Positions 45,869-56,453 of a stretch of DNA of 64,000 nucleotides are shown piece after piece. The stretch spans positions 88,744 to 152,743 of the forward strand of contig JAGNLY010000001.1 of the NCBI GenBank assembly GCA_017999345.1, read 5' to 3'. The translations under genes were made by a program, and so were the position numbers. Origin of the DNA: Candidatus Woesebacteria bacterium (GTDB taxonomy: Bacteria > Patescibacteriota > Microgenomatia > UBA1400 > PJMF01). Numbering within the stretch: position 1 is the first letter of the stretch; each line of letters opens with the position of its first letter. Under the pieces are notes generated by a model, which was not told the DNA's origin, ran no database searches, and worked only from the letters and a program-made list of their open reading frames with translations.

Positions 45869-46867
45869 ATGGAAACAAACGAAGGTATCAAGTTACAAGG
45901 GCAGATTAGAAACCTGCTGGCAGCACTATTGGTGGTCGCGATTTTTGCGATCGTTGTGTTTGCTCCTGGCTGGACTTTCGGGTCACAGCAGTCTGAATGG
46001 CTTAATCCAGGGTGGCACTATTTGGATGAACATCAAGAAAAAGAGTTCTATCTAGTTGTGCCTCCGGGTAATCAAGTTACCATTAAGGCAAGCTCTGACA
46101 ACGATGTTGTCCTCATTATCGATGATTATGTCATTGATAGTGCTGGAAGCGCTGATCCTGAAGCATTTGTACTTAATGTAGGTCAGCACGAAATCAAGAT
46201 TCGTGAATATAATGGTTTTCACGGATTTGTTGAGGTTGAACTGACCCAAATTTATACCTCTAATGAACCGGAGCATTCTGAGGAATCATCCAGATCAGAA
46301 ACAACTAACGAGGAAATCTCGTTCGGCGGTTTCATTGAGCTGGATGAAGAAGAAAAATCCTATTTTTCGGGTTATGTGACCAAAAGCTATTTCGTGATTG
46401 AAATAGCGCAAGGCAATAGTTATGAGTTTGGAGTTCATGGCTATGCCTCAGGCACGATTTTTGATGCCGACGGTTATACTATCGGAGAATTCCAAGAGAC
46501 GGATTTTTATATCGTCCTTGATGAGGGCAAGTACTTTATTGCCTTTACTGAACGTGACCCCGAACTTTGGGTCTCGTTCGATTCTACCTACCAGGTGGTG
46601 TGGGACTCCTCGGAGGAGCACACTGTCCAGGCGAGTTCATATTACGAGATTGAAGTCTCCGTAACTGAGACCACGATTTTTGCGGTTGAAAGTGACGGAG
46701 ATGCCCGCATCGAAATATATGATGGTGGAGGGCTTGCTCAAACCGTAGACGAATATGTCTCTGCGGAAGATGAAAGCTTCATTCTCGAACCAGGGGTTTA
46801 TACCCTGAGGTTTACAGAGTGGAGTGGATATGAGATGAATTTCATCATCAAATCCCGCGCCGAATAA
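45869..46867 (+). CDS. Hypothetical exported or membrane-anchored protein of 332 aa
   Basis: N-terminal transmembrane helix (LLAALLVVAIFAIVVFAPGW) and an acidic beta-rich body. Confidence 0.6.
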   Translation: METNEGIKLQGQIRNLLAALLVVAIFAIVVFAPGWTFGSQQSEWLNPGWHYLDEHQEKEFYLVVPPGNQVTIKASSDNDVVLIIDDYVIDSAGSADPEAFVLNVGQHEIKIREYNGFHGFVEVELTQIYTSNEPEHSEESSRSETTNEEISFGGFIELDEEEKSYFSGYVTKSYFVIEIAQGNSYEFGVHGYASGTIFDADGYTIGEFQETDFYIVLDEGKYFIAFTERDPELWVSFDSTYQVVWDSSEEHTVQASSYYEIEVSVTETTIFAVESDGDARIEIYDGGGLAQTVDEYVSAEDESFILEPGVYTLRFTEWSGYEMNFIIKSRAE

Positions 46868-46885
46868 ATAAGTCGTTTGAATGCA

Positions 46886-46920
46886 AAACACCTCCCCTCA
46901 CAAGGAGGTGTTTTCATTTT
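46886..46920. terminator. Bidirectional rho-independent terminator between convergent genes
   Basis: aacacctcc-cctcacaa-ggaggtgtt followed by T-rich sequence. Confidence 0.65.
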
Positions 46921-46993
46921 ATATTGATCTTTTTTTGAAGTTTCCCCTAAAAGATTAATTGATTAATAATCCGTGTGATAATAATAACGATTT

Positions 46994-47914
46994 TTATTTT
47001 CCAAATCTCGTAAACATTCCGGTGGATAATAATCTATCAGAATTTGCTTGCTGCAAAAATAGTTCTCCAGACTCAATTTTATAGCCTGATTTTGCCATTG
47101 CATTATTAGTCATTGCATTACTTAACATGAAATCATTTAACATTTCACCCAATCGATCGGCCGAAATAGAAACTGCATAAGCATTAACCAAAACAAACAA
47201 CGGGTTTTCAACTAAAATTTGATTACATAGTTCTAATAACTGCGGAAATGATGATTTAAAATTCCAAATTTCTCCATTTGCGCCGTGTCCATAGGCCGGT
47301 GGATCCATAATAATTCCGTCGTATTTAACTCCTCTTTTGATTTCTCTTTTCACAAACTTCACAACATCATCCAGAATCCATCTAATTGATCTTCCATCCA
47401 GTCCAGATGCAAGTTGATTTTGTTTTGCCCATCCAATTGAAGATCTAGATGAGTCGACGTGAGTGATTTTTGCACCCATTTTTGCACATACGACACTTGC
47501 CATGCCTGTGTAAGCAAATAGGTTTAAAATATGAGGTTGATACTCAGGGTTTTGTTTTTTTTGTTCAGCTAAAATATTTTTAATCCAACTCCAATTAGCA
47601 CTTTGTTCTGGAAATATTCCGGTGTGTTTATATGGAGAGAGATAAACATTTGCCGTTAAATCTTGCCAGTGAATTTTCCAAGATTCTGGAAGTGGCTTAT
47701 TAGTTTTCCAATAACCTTTGTCACCTTTAGTTCTAATAAAAACTGCATCGGCTTGGTCCCAAAATTCTTTTGATTTTGATTTTGAAATGTTGATTTCTGG
47801 GTAAGGTCTAGCAATTATAAAATCACCAAATCTTTCAAGTTTTTCACCATCGCCAAAGTCCAAAAGCTCGTATTTAGTCCATTCAGCTTGTTTTGCTATT
47901 AAGGTTTGATTCAT
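46994..47914 (-). CDS. Class I SAM-dependent RNA methyltransferase (RlmI/RlmK-like)
   Basis: LNLFAYTGMASVV...DGIIMDPPAYGHG are SAM-binding and catalytic motifs typical of rRNA m5C/m2G methyltransferases. Confidence 0.7.
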   Translation of the reverse strand: MNQTLIAKQAEWTKYELLDFGDGEKLERFGDFIIARPYPEINISKSKSKEFWDQADAVFIRTKGDKGYWKTNKPLPESWKIHWQDLTANVYLSPYKHTGIFPEQSANWSWIKNILAEQKKQNPEYQPHILNLFAYTGMASVVCAKMGAKITHVDSSRSSIGWAKQNQLASGLDGRSIRWILDDVVKFVKREIKRGVKYDGIIMDPPAYGHGANGEIWNFKSSFPQLLELCNQILVENPLFVLVNAYAVSISADRLGEMLNDFMLSNAMTNNAMAKSGYKIESGELFLQQANSDRLLSTGMFTRFGK

Positions 47915-48205
47915 ACCCTGGAATTATAGCATTATTTATGTATACGAATAGCATCCTATAACATTTGATTTTTTACAAAAATAGAGTATAATTAAGGGGC
48001 TTTTATTTTCTTGACATATACAGCATATGTTCACTGGAAGTAAGGCTATTTAAAAGACTAATTACGATTTTTATTTTCTTCTCTAGTTGTTGTGAGCGGG
48101 GATATAAAGACATCATTCTTAAATGTTGATATTGGTGTTTTTATACCCCCTGCTTGCAACAAAACCAAACTATTTTGGCAGGGCGAGAAAAAAAGGAGTT
48201 AATTT

Positions 48206-48598
48206 ATGAATTACGGAAAATGGCCCTTGTTGGGTCAAATCTTGGCATCGATATGGTGGGTTTTTTGGACCGCACTGATGCTGGGTCTGATAGCTTTTTG
48301 GTTGGCAACTGAGAAGGCTGCGCCCGTAGTGGTATTTTCGGTCGGTATCGTTGGCTGGATGATTTTCATGACAGCGCCAGATGTATTCCACTTGATTAAT
48401 AAGTGGGTGTCCATCGATGACGAGAAGTTAAGATTCAAGCGGATTTTATTTCTCGTTCCATTCGGCGGGGTGGCCACGTACTTGATCATTTCAGCGATCA
48501 CAAGATCCGGAGTAATTTCTGGGTTTGTGGCAGCTGGGATCATGATCTTCTGGGTCCGCGTATACCGCCCGTCAAAAACCAGCTCTGAAGAATCGTAA
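48206..48598 (+). CDS. Hypothetical membrane protein of 130 aa
   Basis: Four predicted transmembrane helices. Confidence 0.55.
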   Translation: MNYGKWPLLGQILASIWWVFWTALMLGLIAFWLATEKAAPVVVFSVGIVGWMIFMTAPDVFHLINKWVSIDDEKLRFKRILFLVPFGGVATYLIISAITRSGVISGFVAAGIMIFWVRVYRPSKTSSEES

Positions 48599-48677
48599 TT
48601 TAGTCAATTCGTAAAAATTGGACTTTAAATTTGGCAGAGAATATCTTCCAAAAAAAGTTCGATCTAGCGAAATTTAG

Positions 48678-48713
48678 TAACGACCCTTCCTGAGATGAAG
48701 GGTCGTTTTTTTT
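48678..48713 (+). terminator. Rho-independent terminator
   Basis: aacgacccttcctgagatgaagggtcgtttttttt. Confidence 0.75.
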
Positions 48714-48977
48714 GTAAGTGAATTTGCCAAAATCAGGACCAAATAATCTTATTTTTATGAAATTGAAATTTTACCTCTTTCGCCACATTTTTTACAACAT
48801 TCTCCTCTGAAGTATTCACCAATAGTTGTTTCAACAATAACTCTTATTTTTTCTCTGCAACTACTTCTATTTCTTGCATATAGCTTATTTATCTTATGTA
48901 TTTAAAACTTTAGCAAGACCCAAGAAAGTTACAAAACCAAAAAACGTCAGTGGCTGATGTGATATATAATTATTCGC

Positions 48978-49643
48978 ATGAATATTGAACAGTTGGGTAG
49001 TAGCGAACTATTAGTTGGGAAATTTGATGTTGTTATTGCCTTGGGAAAAAATTGGAGGCTGCCAATAGAAAAAAATAGCAGAATTCATCTTAGTCTTGAG
49101 TCAAAAATGACTACAATTGCTGCTGGAGAATTATATATTCAAGGAAAAGTTAATAAAATTATTTTTTCGACAGGTAAAACAGCAGGAAAAGATTCTAAAG
49201 GCATTGATTTTCCATCCGAAGCTGAAGAAATGAAATCATATTTGAGAAATTATTTTTCTATAGATCAAATTCCTGATCAAGATATAATTCTTGAGATAAA
49301 TTCTTTTGATACTGCTGGAAATGCTGAAGAAGTTAAAAAAATATTGGAAACAGAAAAAATGGAGAGATCCTTGTTGCTTACGGTTGAAACACACTTAGAA
49401 AGGTCTCAGGAATTATTTGAGAATCATGGAGTTTTGATTTCAAACTCTTTATCTTCTGAAAGTGTATTGCGGCAAAGAAGTAAATGGCATGAATTACTGG
49501 TTGAAAAATATCATAGTTCAAAAAAACATCGTCAGGAAAAATTCAAAGAAAAACTTGGCCAATTATTAGTTGCCACAATTGATTCAAAAGGGAAGTGGCT
49601 GAGGTCTCTAACAACTCTCACAAGACATAGAACAAAAGGGTGA
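48978..49643 (+). CDS. DUF218 / YdcF-like (ElyC family) protein
   Basis: FDVVIALGKNWR...IIFSTGKTAG matches the YdcF-like pattern. Confidence 0.6.
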   Translation: MNIEQLGSSELLVGKFDVVIALGKNWRLPIEKNSRIHLSLESKMTTIAAGELYIQGKVNKIIFSTGKTAGKDSKGIDFPSEAEEMKSYLRNYFSIDQIPDQDIILEINSFDTAGNAEEVKKILETEKMERSLLLTVETHLERSQELFENHGVLISNSLSSESVLRQRSKWHELLVEKYHSSKKHRQEKFKEKLGQLLVATIDSKGKWLRSLTTLTRHRTKG

Positions 49644-49653
49644 TTATTTTGGT

Positions 49654-49977
49654 TTAAGCTAGATATTTTTTGGTTAGGTTTTTTTCGCCCCATTTATCAA
49701 GTTCTTTTAAAACTAAATTTAATGAGACACCTTTTTTGGTGAGAGAATATTCCACTTTGGGAGGTACAACAGCAAATACTTTCCTTGAAATCAATCCATC
49801 ATTTTCTAATTCTCTAAGACTTGCAGTTAGCATTTTTTGACTAATGCCAGTGATTGATTTTTCTAGTTCGGAAAATCTCATGGTAGATTTTTCTAAATAC
49901 CACAAAATTATTAGTTTCCATTTTCCGCCGATCATATTTAAAGTATGATCTAAGGTACATGAGCTTACTTTTTTCAT
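49654..49977 (-). CDS. HxlR family transcriptional regulator
   Basis: CTLDHTLNMIGGKWKLIILWYL...RFSELEKSITGISQKMLTASLRELENDGLISR is the classic HxlR winged HTH. Confidence 0.85.
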   Translation of the reverse strand: MKKVSSCTLDHTLNMIGGKWKLIILWYLEKSTMRFSELEKSITGISQKMLTASLRELENDGLISRKVFAVVPPKVEYSLTKKGVSLNLVLKELDKWGEKNLTKKYLA

Positions 49978-50039
49978 AGTGTCTTTATTTTATGTACGTA
50001 CTTGCTATTTATATAGCTTCTAACTATTATATAGCACAT

Positions 50040-50657
50040 ATGAACTATAATAAATTAGCAGATCCAGCTTTATTGGATAAAACATCAAAATCATTAAAAA
50101 ATCTTGGCTACGAAGTAGTTGTTGTCAAAAACAAAGCTGAGGCTCTTGAACAAATAAAATCTTCTGTTCCAAAAGGTGCTTCAGTTATGAATGGATCTTC
50201 GGTGACATTAGAGCAGATTGGTTATCAAGATTATATCAAAAATGGCAATCACGGCTGGAATGATCTTCACGCAAAAATTTATGCGGAATCAGACAATGTT
50301 AAAAGAGCAGCACTTAGAAAAGAATCAGTTTCCTCTGAATACTACTTAGGTAGTGTACATGCTTTAGTCAGCAATGGAGAATTTATAGTTGCAAGTAATA
50401 CTGGCAGTCAGCTTCCACATTTAGTTTTTACCTCTGCTAACCTAATTTTGGCAGTAAGTACCAAAAAAATAGTTGAAAATATGTCCGATGCTATGAGCAG
50501 ACTCGAAGATCACATCATGCCTTTAGAAGATAAACACATGCAAGAACTTTATAAGGTTAATACTGCTTTTAGAAAACTTTTGGTTTTTAAAAGTGAAAAT
50601 CCTGGAGGTGGCAGAAAAATTAAATTTATACTTATCCAAGAAGATTTGGGATTCTAA
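50040..50657 (+). CDS. LUD domain (lactate-utilisation protein LutC/YkgG-like) protein
   Basis: LADPALLDKTSKSLKNLGYEVVVVKNKAEALEQIK matches the LUD domain. The start was set at the internal ATG. Confidence 0.6.
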   Translation: MNYNKLADPALLDKTSKSLKNLGYEVVVVKNKAEALEQIKSSVPKGASVMNGSSVTLEQIGYQDYIKNGNHGWNDLHAKIYAESDNVKRAALRKESVSSEYYLGSVHALVSNGEFIVASNTGSQLPHLVFTSANLILAVSTKKIVENMSDAMSRLEDHIMPLEDKHMQELYKVNTAFRKLLVFKSENPGGGRKIKFILIQEDLGF

Positions 50658-50681
50658 TTATCTTTGTTATAATTGGAGTTA

Positions 50682-51281
50682 ATGAGAAAAATTTATTTAG
50701 TAAGACATGCTCAATATTCCAACCCAAGAAATATTTTAGTCGGCAGACTTCCTGTTGAACTTTCTCAAGAAGGAAAGCAGGAAGCTTCTGATTTAGCTGA
50801 TTATTTTTCAGACAAAGAAATCTTTAAAATTTATTCTAGTTCTGTGCTTCGATGCAAACAAACAAGTGAGATTATTTCAAAAAATCAAATTGAGATAAAG
50901 TACGATACTAGGATTCTTGAAACTTTTTCAGCAATGCAGGGTTATTGGGAATTTGATTGGCTACATTTTTTTAATAATATTGATACCTTGGGGGGAGAAA
51001 CTCCGGAAGATATTTCCAAAAGAATGCTTGATTTTTGGGATGATATTATTTCTAGCGAAAACGATAAAAATATAATTATTTGTTCTCATGGCGATCCACT
51101 TTATGTTTTATATGCTCATTTAGCAGATATTGCTTTGCCATCCATAAAAGGTCTTTACGAAATTCCTAAAGTTGACTATCAAGAAAAAGCATCAGTGAGA
51201 ACTATTGAAATCGATAATTTCGGAAAACTTTTTATTAAACCAACTTTAACAATCAATAATATTAGAGAGTTACAAAAATAG
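50682..51281 (+). CDS. Histidine phosphatase family protein (phosphoglycerate mutase-like)
   Basis: IYLVRHAQ (the RHG motif) and SHGDPL. A GGAG ribosome-binding site lies upstream of ATG 50682. Confidence 0.8.
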   Translation: MRKIYLVRHAQYSNPRNILVGRLPVELSQEGKQEASDLADYFSDKEIFKIYSSSVLRCKQTSEIISKNQIEIKYDTRILETFSAMQGYWEFDWLHFFNNIDTLGGETPEDISKRMLDFWDDIISSENDKNIIICSHGDPLYVLYAHLADIALPSIKGLYEIPKVDYQEKASVRTIEIDNFGKLFIKPTLTINNIRELQK

Positions 51282-51290
51282 GAAGGTCAT

Positions 51291-51707
51291 ATGACATTAA
51301 GTTTTTTTTCAATTCTTTTGTGTGGAGTGTTTTCGATGATCCTTGGATTTGTTTGGTATGGCCCATTATTCGGTAAAAAATGGATGGAAATAATTGGTAC
51401 TTCAAATCAATCTGAAGAAGCTAGAAAAAAAATGCAAAAAGAGGCAGGGCCATTGTATTTAGTTTCATTTTTATTGGCTCTATTTGAAGCTTGGGTGTTG
51501 GCTATGTTCAATGAAGGTGTTGCCACTTATTATGCTATCTCAAATGCTTTTTGGATTTGGTTGGCATTTATAGTTCCGGCATTGGCAGGTTCTGTTATGT
51601 GGACCAATGAAAAACCAGTAATCAAAAAATCAAGATTTTTAATTCAAACAGGTTATCAATTATTATTATTAGTTGGATTTGCACTCATAATTTCTTTATT
51701 GAATTAA
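51291..51707 (+). CDS. DUF1761 family membrane protein
   Basis: FSILLCGVFSMILGFVWYGPLFGKKWME matches the DUF1761 pattern. Confidence 0.55.
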   Translation: MTLSFFSILLCGVFSMILGFVWYGPLFGKKWMEIIGTSNQSEEARKKMQKEAGPLYLVSFLLALFEAWVLAMFNEGVATYYAISNAFWIWLAFIVPALAGSVMWTNEKPVIKKSRFLIQTGYQLLLLVGFALIISLLN

Positions 51708-51729
51708 ACAAACAGTTTGAAAACTAAAT

Positions 51730-52479
51730 ATGAATTCAAAACAAAAGTTTTATGATGGTTATCATAAAAAAAATAATAAATATTCTGGAATAATTAAAAA
51801 AAATAATTTTACTTATTTTGAGATTTTAAGATTTTTTTATGATTCTGTTTTTGCAAAATTTCCAAAAAAAATTAAGAAGATAAATATTCTGGATGTTGGC
51901 TGTGGTGTTGGCACAATGGCTTTATTTTTTGGCTCACTGGGAGCTAATGTTAGAGGAATTGATGTTTCACAAAGAGCAATTGATATAGCTAAAGAAGCTA
52001 GAAATAAATCAGGTTTTAAAAATGTTATTTTTGCCAAACAACTATTGAAAGCAGGAAAACAAAATTATGATATGGTTTTGATATCAGAGGTTATTGAGCA
52101 TGTTGAAGATGAAAATCAATTTTTAAAATTAATTGCCAGTAATTTAAATAAAAATGGTTTGTTGTTTTTGACCACTCCGTCTAAAGATAATTTTCTTTAC
52201 AGAATTGGTTTTTATAAAAAGTTTGATAATGAAGTCGGGCATTTGAGAAGATATACACAAGAATCAATTTCAGAACTTTTAGAAAAAAATGGTTTTGAAA
52301 TTTTGCATTTAAAAAAGGTAGAGGGTCCACTAAGAAACTTACTTTTTACCACCGGGGTTGGATTTTTGATTAGATTTATAAGGGGGCCACTAATTCCAAT
52401 CTTTCATTTTTTTGATCATATAACTATTCATTTTTTTGGAGCCGCAGACATTATCATCTTGGCAAAAAAATCTTCTTGA
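51730..52479 (+). CDS. Class I SAM-dependent methyltransferase
   Basis: Motif I ILDVGCGVGTMALFF and motif II DMVLISEVIEHV. Confidence 0.8.
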   Translation: MNSKQKFYDGYHKKNNKYSGIIKKNNFTYFEILRFFYDSVFAKFPKKIKKINILDVGCGVGTMALFFGSLGANVRGIDVSQRAIDIAKEARNKSGFKNVIFAKQLLKAGKQNYDMVLISEVIEHVEDENQFLKLIASNLNKNGLLFLTTPSKDNFLYRIGFYKKFDNEVGHLRRYTQESISELLEKNGFEILHLKKVEGPLRNLLFTTGVGFLIRFIRGPLIPIFHFFDHITIHFFGAADIIILAKKSS

Positions 52480-52567
52480 CAAAATATTAGCAATCGTTGT
52501 ATTCTACTGCTAACACACAAATAAAAAGTGTGAGTAAAATTTAAAAAAAAATGAAAGGAGACAGAAT

Positions 52568-52984
52568 ATGTCAAATTTAGTTCCGCTAAAATCCATGTTA
52601 GGCACACTTAATCGTTGGCCAAATTTTTGGGATGATGATGACTTACAACTTTATCCTTCAGTCGATAATGGTGTGGATATCTATGAAACCGAAAATGAAG
52701 TTGTCGTCAAAGCCAATATTGCCGGTGTTTCTTCTGACGATGTTGATGTAACTTTTGAAAAAGGTTCTTTATGGATTCAAGCAAAATCTACAAAGGAAGA
52801 AGATGATGATAAAAATAAATATTATAGTAAGTCATCCAGAAGCTATTCTTATAAAATTGCTGTTCCTGGTTTGATTGATCATTCCAAAGAGCCAGAAGTT
52901 ACTTTGGAGAATGGTATTCTTAAAGTTGAATTTATAAAATCAGAAGCTTCTAAGCCAAAAAAGCTTTCTATTAAAACAAAATAA
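52568..52984 (+). CDS. Hsp20/alpha-crystallin family small heat-shock protein
   Basis: VDIYETENEVVVKANIAGVSSDDVDVTFEKGSLWIQA is an ACD domain. Confidence 0.85.
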   Translation: MSNLVPLKSMLGTLNRWPNFWDDDDLQLYPSVDNGVDIYETENEVVVKANIAGVSSDDVDVTFEKGSLWIQAKSTKEEDDDKNKYYSKSSRSYSYKIAVPGLIDHSKEPEVTLENGILKVEFIKSEASKPKKLSIKTK

Positions 52985-53086
52985 TAAAATTTTATTTCGC
53001 CAACAGTATAATAAATAGCTCCTTTTATGATTTATTAAGAGGAGCTATTTTATATTCTATTTAAAAACATAAGTTATAATATAAAT

Positions 53087-53293
53087 ATGTCAGTTTTAGT
53101 TTTCAATAACATAAGAGCTTTGAGAGTTAGTAAAAAAATAACTCAGGAAGATCTAGCAAATGAAATTGGCGTAACTCGTCAAACAATAATTGCTATGGAA
53201 AAAGGAAACTATGTTCCTTCGGTTATGTTAGCTCTAAAAATTTCCCTGTTTTTTAAAAAACCAGTAGAGAGTATATTTACTTTAGAAATATGA
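53087..53293 (+). CDS. XRE family HTH transcriptional regulator
   Basis: ITQEDLANEIGVTRQTIIAMEKGNYVPSVMLALKIS. Confidence 0.85.
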   Translation: MSVLVFNNIRALRVSKKITQEDLANEIGVTRQTIIAMEKGNYVPSVMLALKISLFFKKPVESIFTLEI

Positions 53294-53649
53294 AAACATT
53301 TTTTGAGTTTTTATTAATTTTTTTAATTTTAGGAATATTGATTTTATTTTTGAATCCAACCCATTTACTAATGCCTAATAGCATAAGTGTGATGATGAAG
53401 CTTGGCTTGATAGTAATTTTTCTAGTTTTTGTCGGCATGTTTTGGAGAGAAAAAGCTAGCGACGAAAGAGATGCTATACATATTCAAAAATCTGGCAGAG
53501 TTTCTTTTTTTGTAGGTGTTGGAATTTTGCTTTTAGGAATTATTATTCAGGCTTCAATGTATGAAATTGACCCTTGGTTACTCCTCACTTTTTCTGGAAT
53601 GGTTCTAACAAAATTAATTTCCAGAATTTATCATCGCTATAAAAATTAG
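53290..53649 (+). CDS. Hypothetical membrane protein co-transcribed with the XRE regulator
   Basis: Its start overlaps the stop of the upstream gene. Three predicted transmembrane helices. Confidence 0.55.
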   Translation: MKTFFEFLLIFLILGILILFLNPTHLLMPNSISVMMKLGLIVIFLVFVGMFWREKASDERDAIHIQKSGRVSFFVGVGILLLGIIIQASMYEIDPWLLLTFSGMVLTKLISRIYHRYKN

Positions 53650-53761
53650 ACTTTAGTTTTTATTTGTAATAGAGAACAAACTCAAAATAGTTTCCAAAAT
53701 GTAAAGTACGCTTGACATTTATTGCACAAAACCATTATTATAATTTCAAGGAGACAAACTT

Positions 53762-54349
53762 ATGAAAAATAACTCTTCAATTATTTTAATAGCATCAGTT
53801 ATCTTAATAGTAGGACTTGGAATTTTTTTCTTGAATAAAAGTAACCAGAAAAATGATGACAAAATGATGAAAGCATCAGATAGCATGGTTAAGGTTGAAG
53901 ATGATCAAGCGCTTGCACCAGATGATTCTGCAGACATGATGATGAAGGATTCTGATGAAAATGCTAATGACGACAAAATCTCCCCAGAAGATTCTATGGA
54001 AAATGATAAGCAGGCAATGATGAAGCAAGACAGTTATGTTGAATTTACTCCGCAAAATTTAATTTCTGCAGAAGGAATAAGAAGAGTTTTATTTTTCTAT
54101 GCAAATTGGTGTCCAACTTGTAAACCTGTAGATATTGAATTAGAAGAGAATATGTCGATGATTCCTAGTGATGTAAAAATCATAAAAGTAAATTACAACG
54201 ACACTGATACTGATCAAGCTGAAAAAGACTTGGCCAAAAAATACAATGTTACTTATCAGCATACATTTGTTGAAATAGATGAGGATGGAAATGCTGTAAA
54301 GACATGGAACGGCGGAAGTTTAGAAGACATACTCAATAAATTAAAGTAA
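53762..54349 (+). CDS. Secreted thioredoxin-like protein
   Basis: Signal or anchor sequence, then FFYANWCPTCKP (a CxxC motif). Confidence 0.75.
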   Translation: MKNNSSIILIASVILIVGLGIFFLNKSNQKNDDKMMKASDSMVKVEDDQALAPDDSADMMMKDSDENANDDKISPEDSMENDKQAMMKQDSYVEFTPQNLISAEGIRRVLFFYANWCPTCKPVDIELEENMSMIPSDVKIIKVNYNDTDTDQAEKDLAKKYNVTYQHTFVEIDEDGNAVKTWNGGSLEDILNKLK

Positions 54350-54352
54350 CTT

Positions 54353-56065
54353 ATGTTAATACTTTTAGCTTTTTCATTTTTAGCTGGTGTTGTTACAATT
54401 CTTTCTCCATGTATTTTACCGATTTTACCAATTATATTGTCTTCGTCATCAGTAGATTCGAGTAAGAAAAGACCTATCGGTGTGGTAGTAGGATTTGTTT
54501 TAAGTTTTACTTTTTTCACTCTTTTTCTTTCATCAATTGTTAAGTTTAGTGGATTTCCAGCAGAATCTTTAAGATTTATTTCAATATTTATTCTAAGTAT
54601 TTTTGGTGCCTCACTTTTAATACCAAAAGTACAAGTTTTAATAGAACAATTATTTAGCAGGCTCTCATCTTTAGTTCCAAATGGAAAAAATAAAAAAGGT
54701 TTTAGTGGTGGAGTTTTAATTGGATTTTCATTAGGACTCTTGTGGACTCCATGTGTTGGTCCAATATTAGCTTCAGTTATTAGTTTGGCAATATCAGGAT
54801 CAGTTAGCTCTCAAGCATTTTTAATAACCCTTGCTTATTCATTGGGAACAGCAATTCCTATGTTCATGATTATGCAAGCTGGATCAACAGCTTTACAAAA
54901 AGTACCATGGTTAGTTCGAAATACCGCAAAAATTCAAAAATCATTTGGAGTATTAATGATAATCACAGCGGTTGGAATATATTTCAATTTGGATCGCCAA
55001 TTTCAAACTTTTGTTCTTGAAACTTTTCCTCAGTATGGAACCGGTTTAACTAAATTTGAAGATAATGAAAAAGTTAAACAAGAATTAGATAGAGTTAATG
55101 ATCCTTATGCAAACGAATCAACAAACAAAAAAAGTAGTTTGTTTGAGAAGAAAGTTTATGCTCCTGAAATTATTGCTGGAGGAGAATGGTTTAATAGCGA
55201 GCCTTTGAAGATCTCAGACTTAAAAGGAAAAGTAGTTTTGGTAGATTTTTGGACATATTCTTGTATTAACTGCCAAAGAACATTTCCATATTTAAAAAAC
55301 TGGTGGGAAAAATATAAAGACCAAGGTCTAGTTATAATAGGAGTTCATTCTCCAGAATTTGAGTTTGAAAAAAATCCAGAAAATGTCACTAAAGCTTTAG
55401 ATGATTTTGAAATTACTTATCCAGTTGTTCAGGATAATAATTTTGATACTTGGAAAGCATATAAAAACAGATACTGGCCAGCGAAATACTTAATTGACCA
55501 AAATGGTGAAATTAGATATTCCCATTTTGGTGAAGGCGATTATGATGAGACTGAGCAAATGATTCAGAAGTTATTGAATGAAATTGGTGCAGAAGTTTCA
55601 GCCGACGATGTGAACAACCCAGAATATTTAACCTATTCAAGAACTCCAGAACTGTATTTAGGATACGATCGAATTAAGAATTTTTTATCTCCAGAAATAA
55701 TAATTGAAGATGAAGAATCTGAATATAGTTTTCCGCAGAATTTGTCAAAAAATACTTTTGCATTTCAAGGTAATTGGAAATTAATGCCTGAATATTCCTC
55801 AGCAAAAAAAGGATCAAAATTAGAATTAAACTTTGAATCCAAAGAAGTATTTATAGTCGCAAGATCCAAAAATTCAAATGCTAAATTTTCAGTTCTGATA
55901 GATGGCAAAGTTGAGTCGATGGGTGAAGATGCTTCAAATGGTGTTGTGACTCTTGATTCAGATAGACTTTATCATTTAATCAGTTTGCCATCTGCCGGCT
56001 CGCATACTTTACTAATTGAATTCTTGGATGACGACATAGAAGTTTATGCTTTTACCTTTGGTTAA
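54353..56065 (+). CDS. Cytochrome c biogenesis CcdA/DsbD-like transmembrane electron transporter fused to a thioredoxin-like (TlpA/ResA) domain and a C-terminal extension
   Basis: The DsbD membrane-domain cysteines are present (LSPCILPILP and LLWTPCVGPIL). A redoxin domain with WTYSCINCQRT follows. Confidence 0.85.
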   Translation: MLILLAFSFLAGVVTILSPCILPILPIILSSSSVDSSKKRPIGVVVGFVLSFTFFTLFLSSIVKFSGFPAESLRFISIFILSIFGASLLIPKVQVLIEQLFSRLSSLVPNGKNKKGFSGGVLIGFSLGLLWTPCVGPILASVISLAISGSVSSQAFLITLAYSLGTAIPMFMIMQAGSTALQKVPWLVRNTAKIQKSFGVLMIITAVGIYFNLDRQFQTFVLETFPQYGTGLTKFEDNEKVKQELDRVNDPYANESTNKKSSLFEKKVYAPEIIAGGEWFNSEPLKISDLKGKVVLVDFWTYSCINCQRTFPYLKNWWEKYKDQGLVIIGVHSPEFEFEKNPENVTKALDDFEITYPVVQDNNFDTWKAYKNRYWPAKYLIDQNGEIRYSHFGEGDYDETEQMIQKLLNEIGAEVSADDVNNPEYLTYSRTPELYLGYDRIKNFLSPEIIIEDEESEYSFPQNLSKNTFAFQGNWKLMPEYSSAKKGSKLELNFESKEVFIVARSKNSNAKFSVLIDGKVESMGEDASNGVVTLDSDRLYHLISLPSAGSHTLLIEFLDDDIEVYAFTFG

Positions 56066-56132
56066 AAATTATTTTTATAGATTTTCAGCCAATTAATGCG
56101 CTTTGCTATGAATAGTGCTATTATTTACTTAT

Positions 56133-56420
56133 ATGAAATTTAATATCCGTTTTCTCTATTTGTATTTATTTTCTTTTGTTGGCCTTTTGATTGCTATCAT
56201 TGGTAGCATAGGCATCATCGATCTTACTCTTAAAACCTACGTTTTTAGAGTATCTACACAATCGTATTATAATTATCCAGTTGACCCAGCAATGGAAGAA
56301 ATTAACAAGCAACAACAAAAGGACGACATTAAAAGGCAAATGAGTAATTCATTAGCCATGATAATTATTGGAACTCCGGTCTACCTATATCATTGGAAGA
56401 CAATTAGGAAAGAAAAATAA
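56133..56420 (+). CDS. Hypothetical small membrane protein
   Basis: Two predicted transmembrane helices. The start was set at the internal ATG. Confidence 0.45.
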   Translation: MKFNIRFLYLYLFSFVGLLIAIIGSIGIIDLTLKTYVFRVSTQSYYNYPVDPAMEEINKQQQKDDIKRQMSNSLAMIIIGTPVYLYHWKTIRKEK

Positions 56421-56453
56421 TCTTCTTTTTTTTGCTAACAATTCATTTACGCA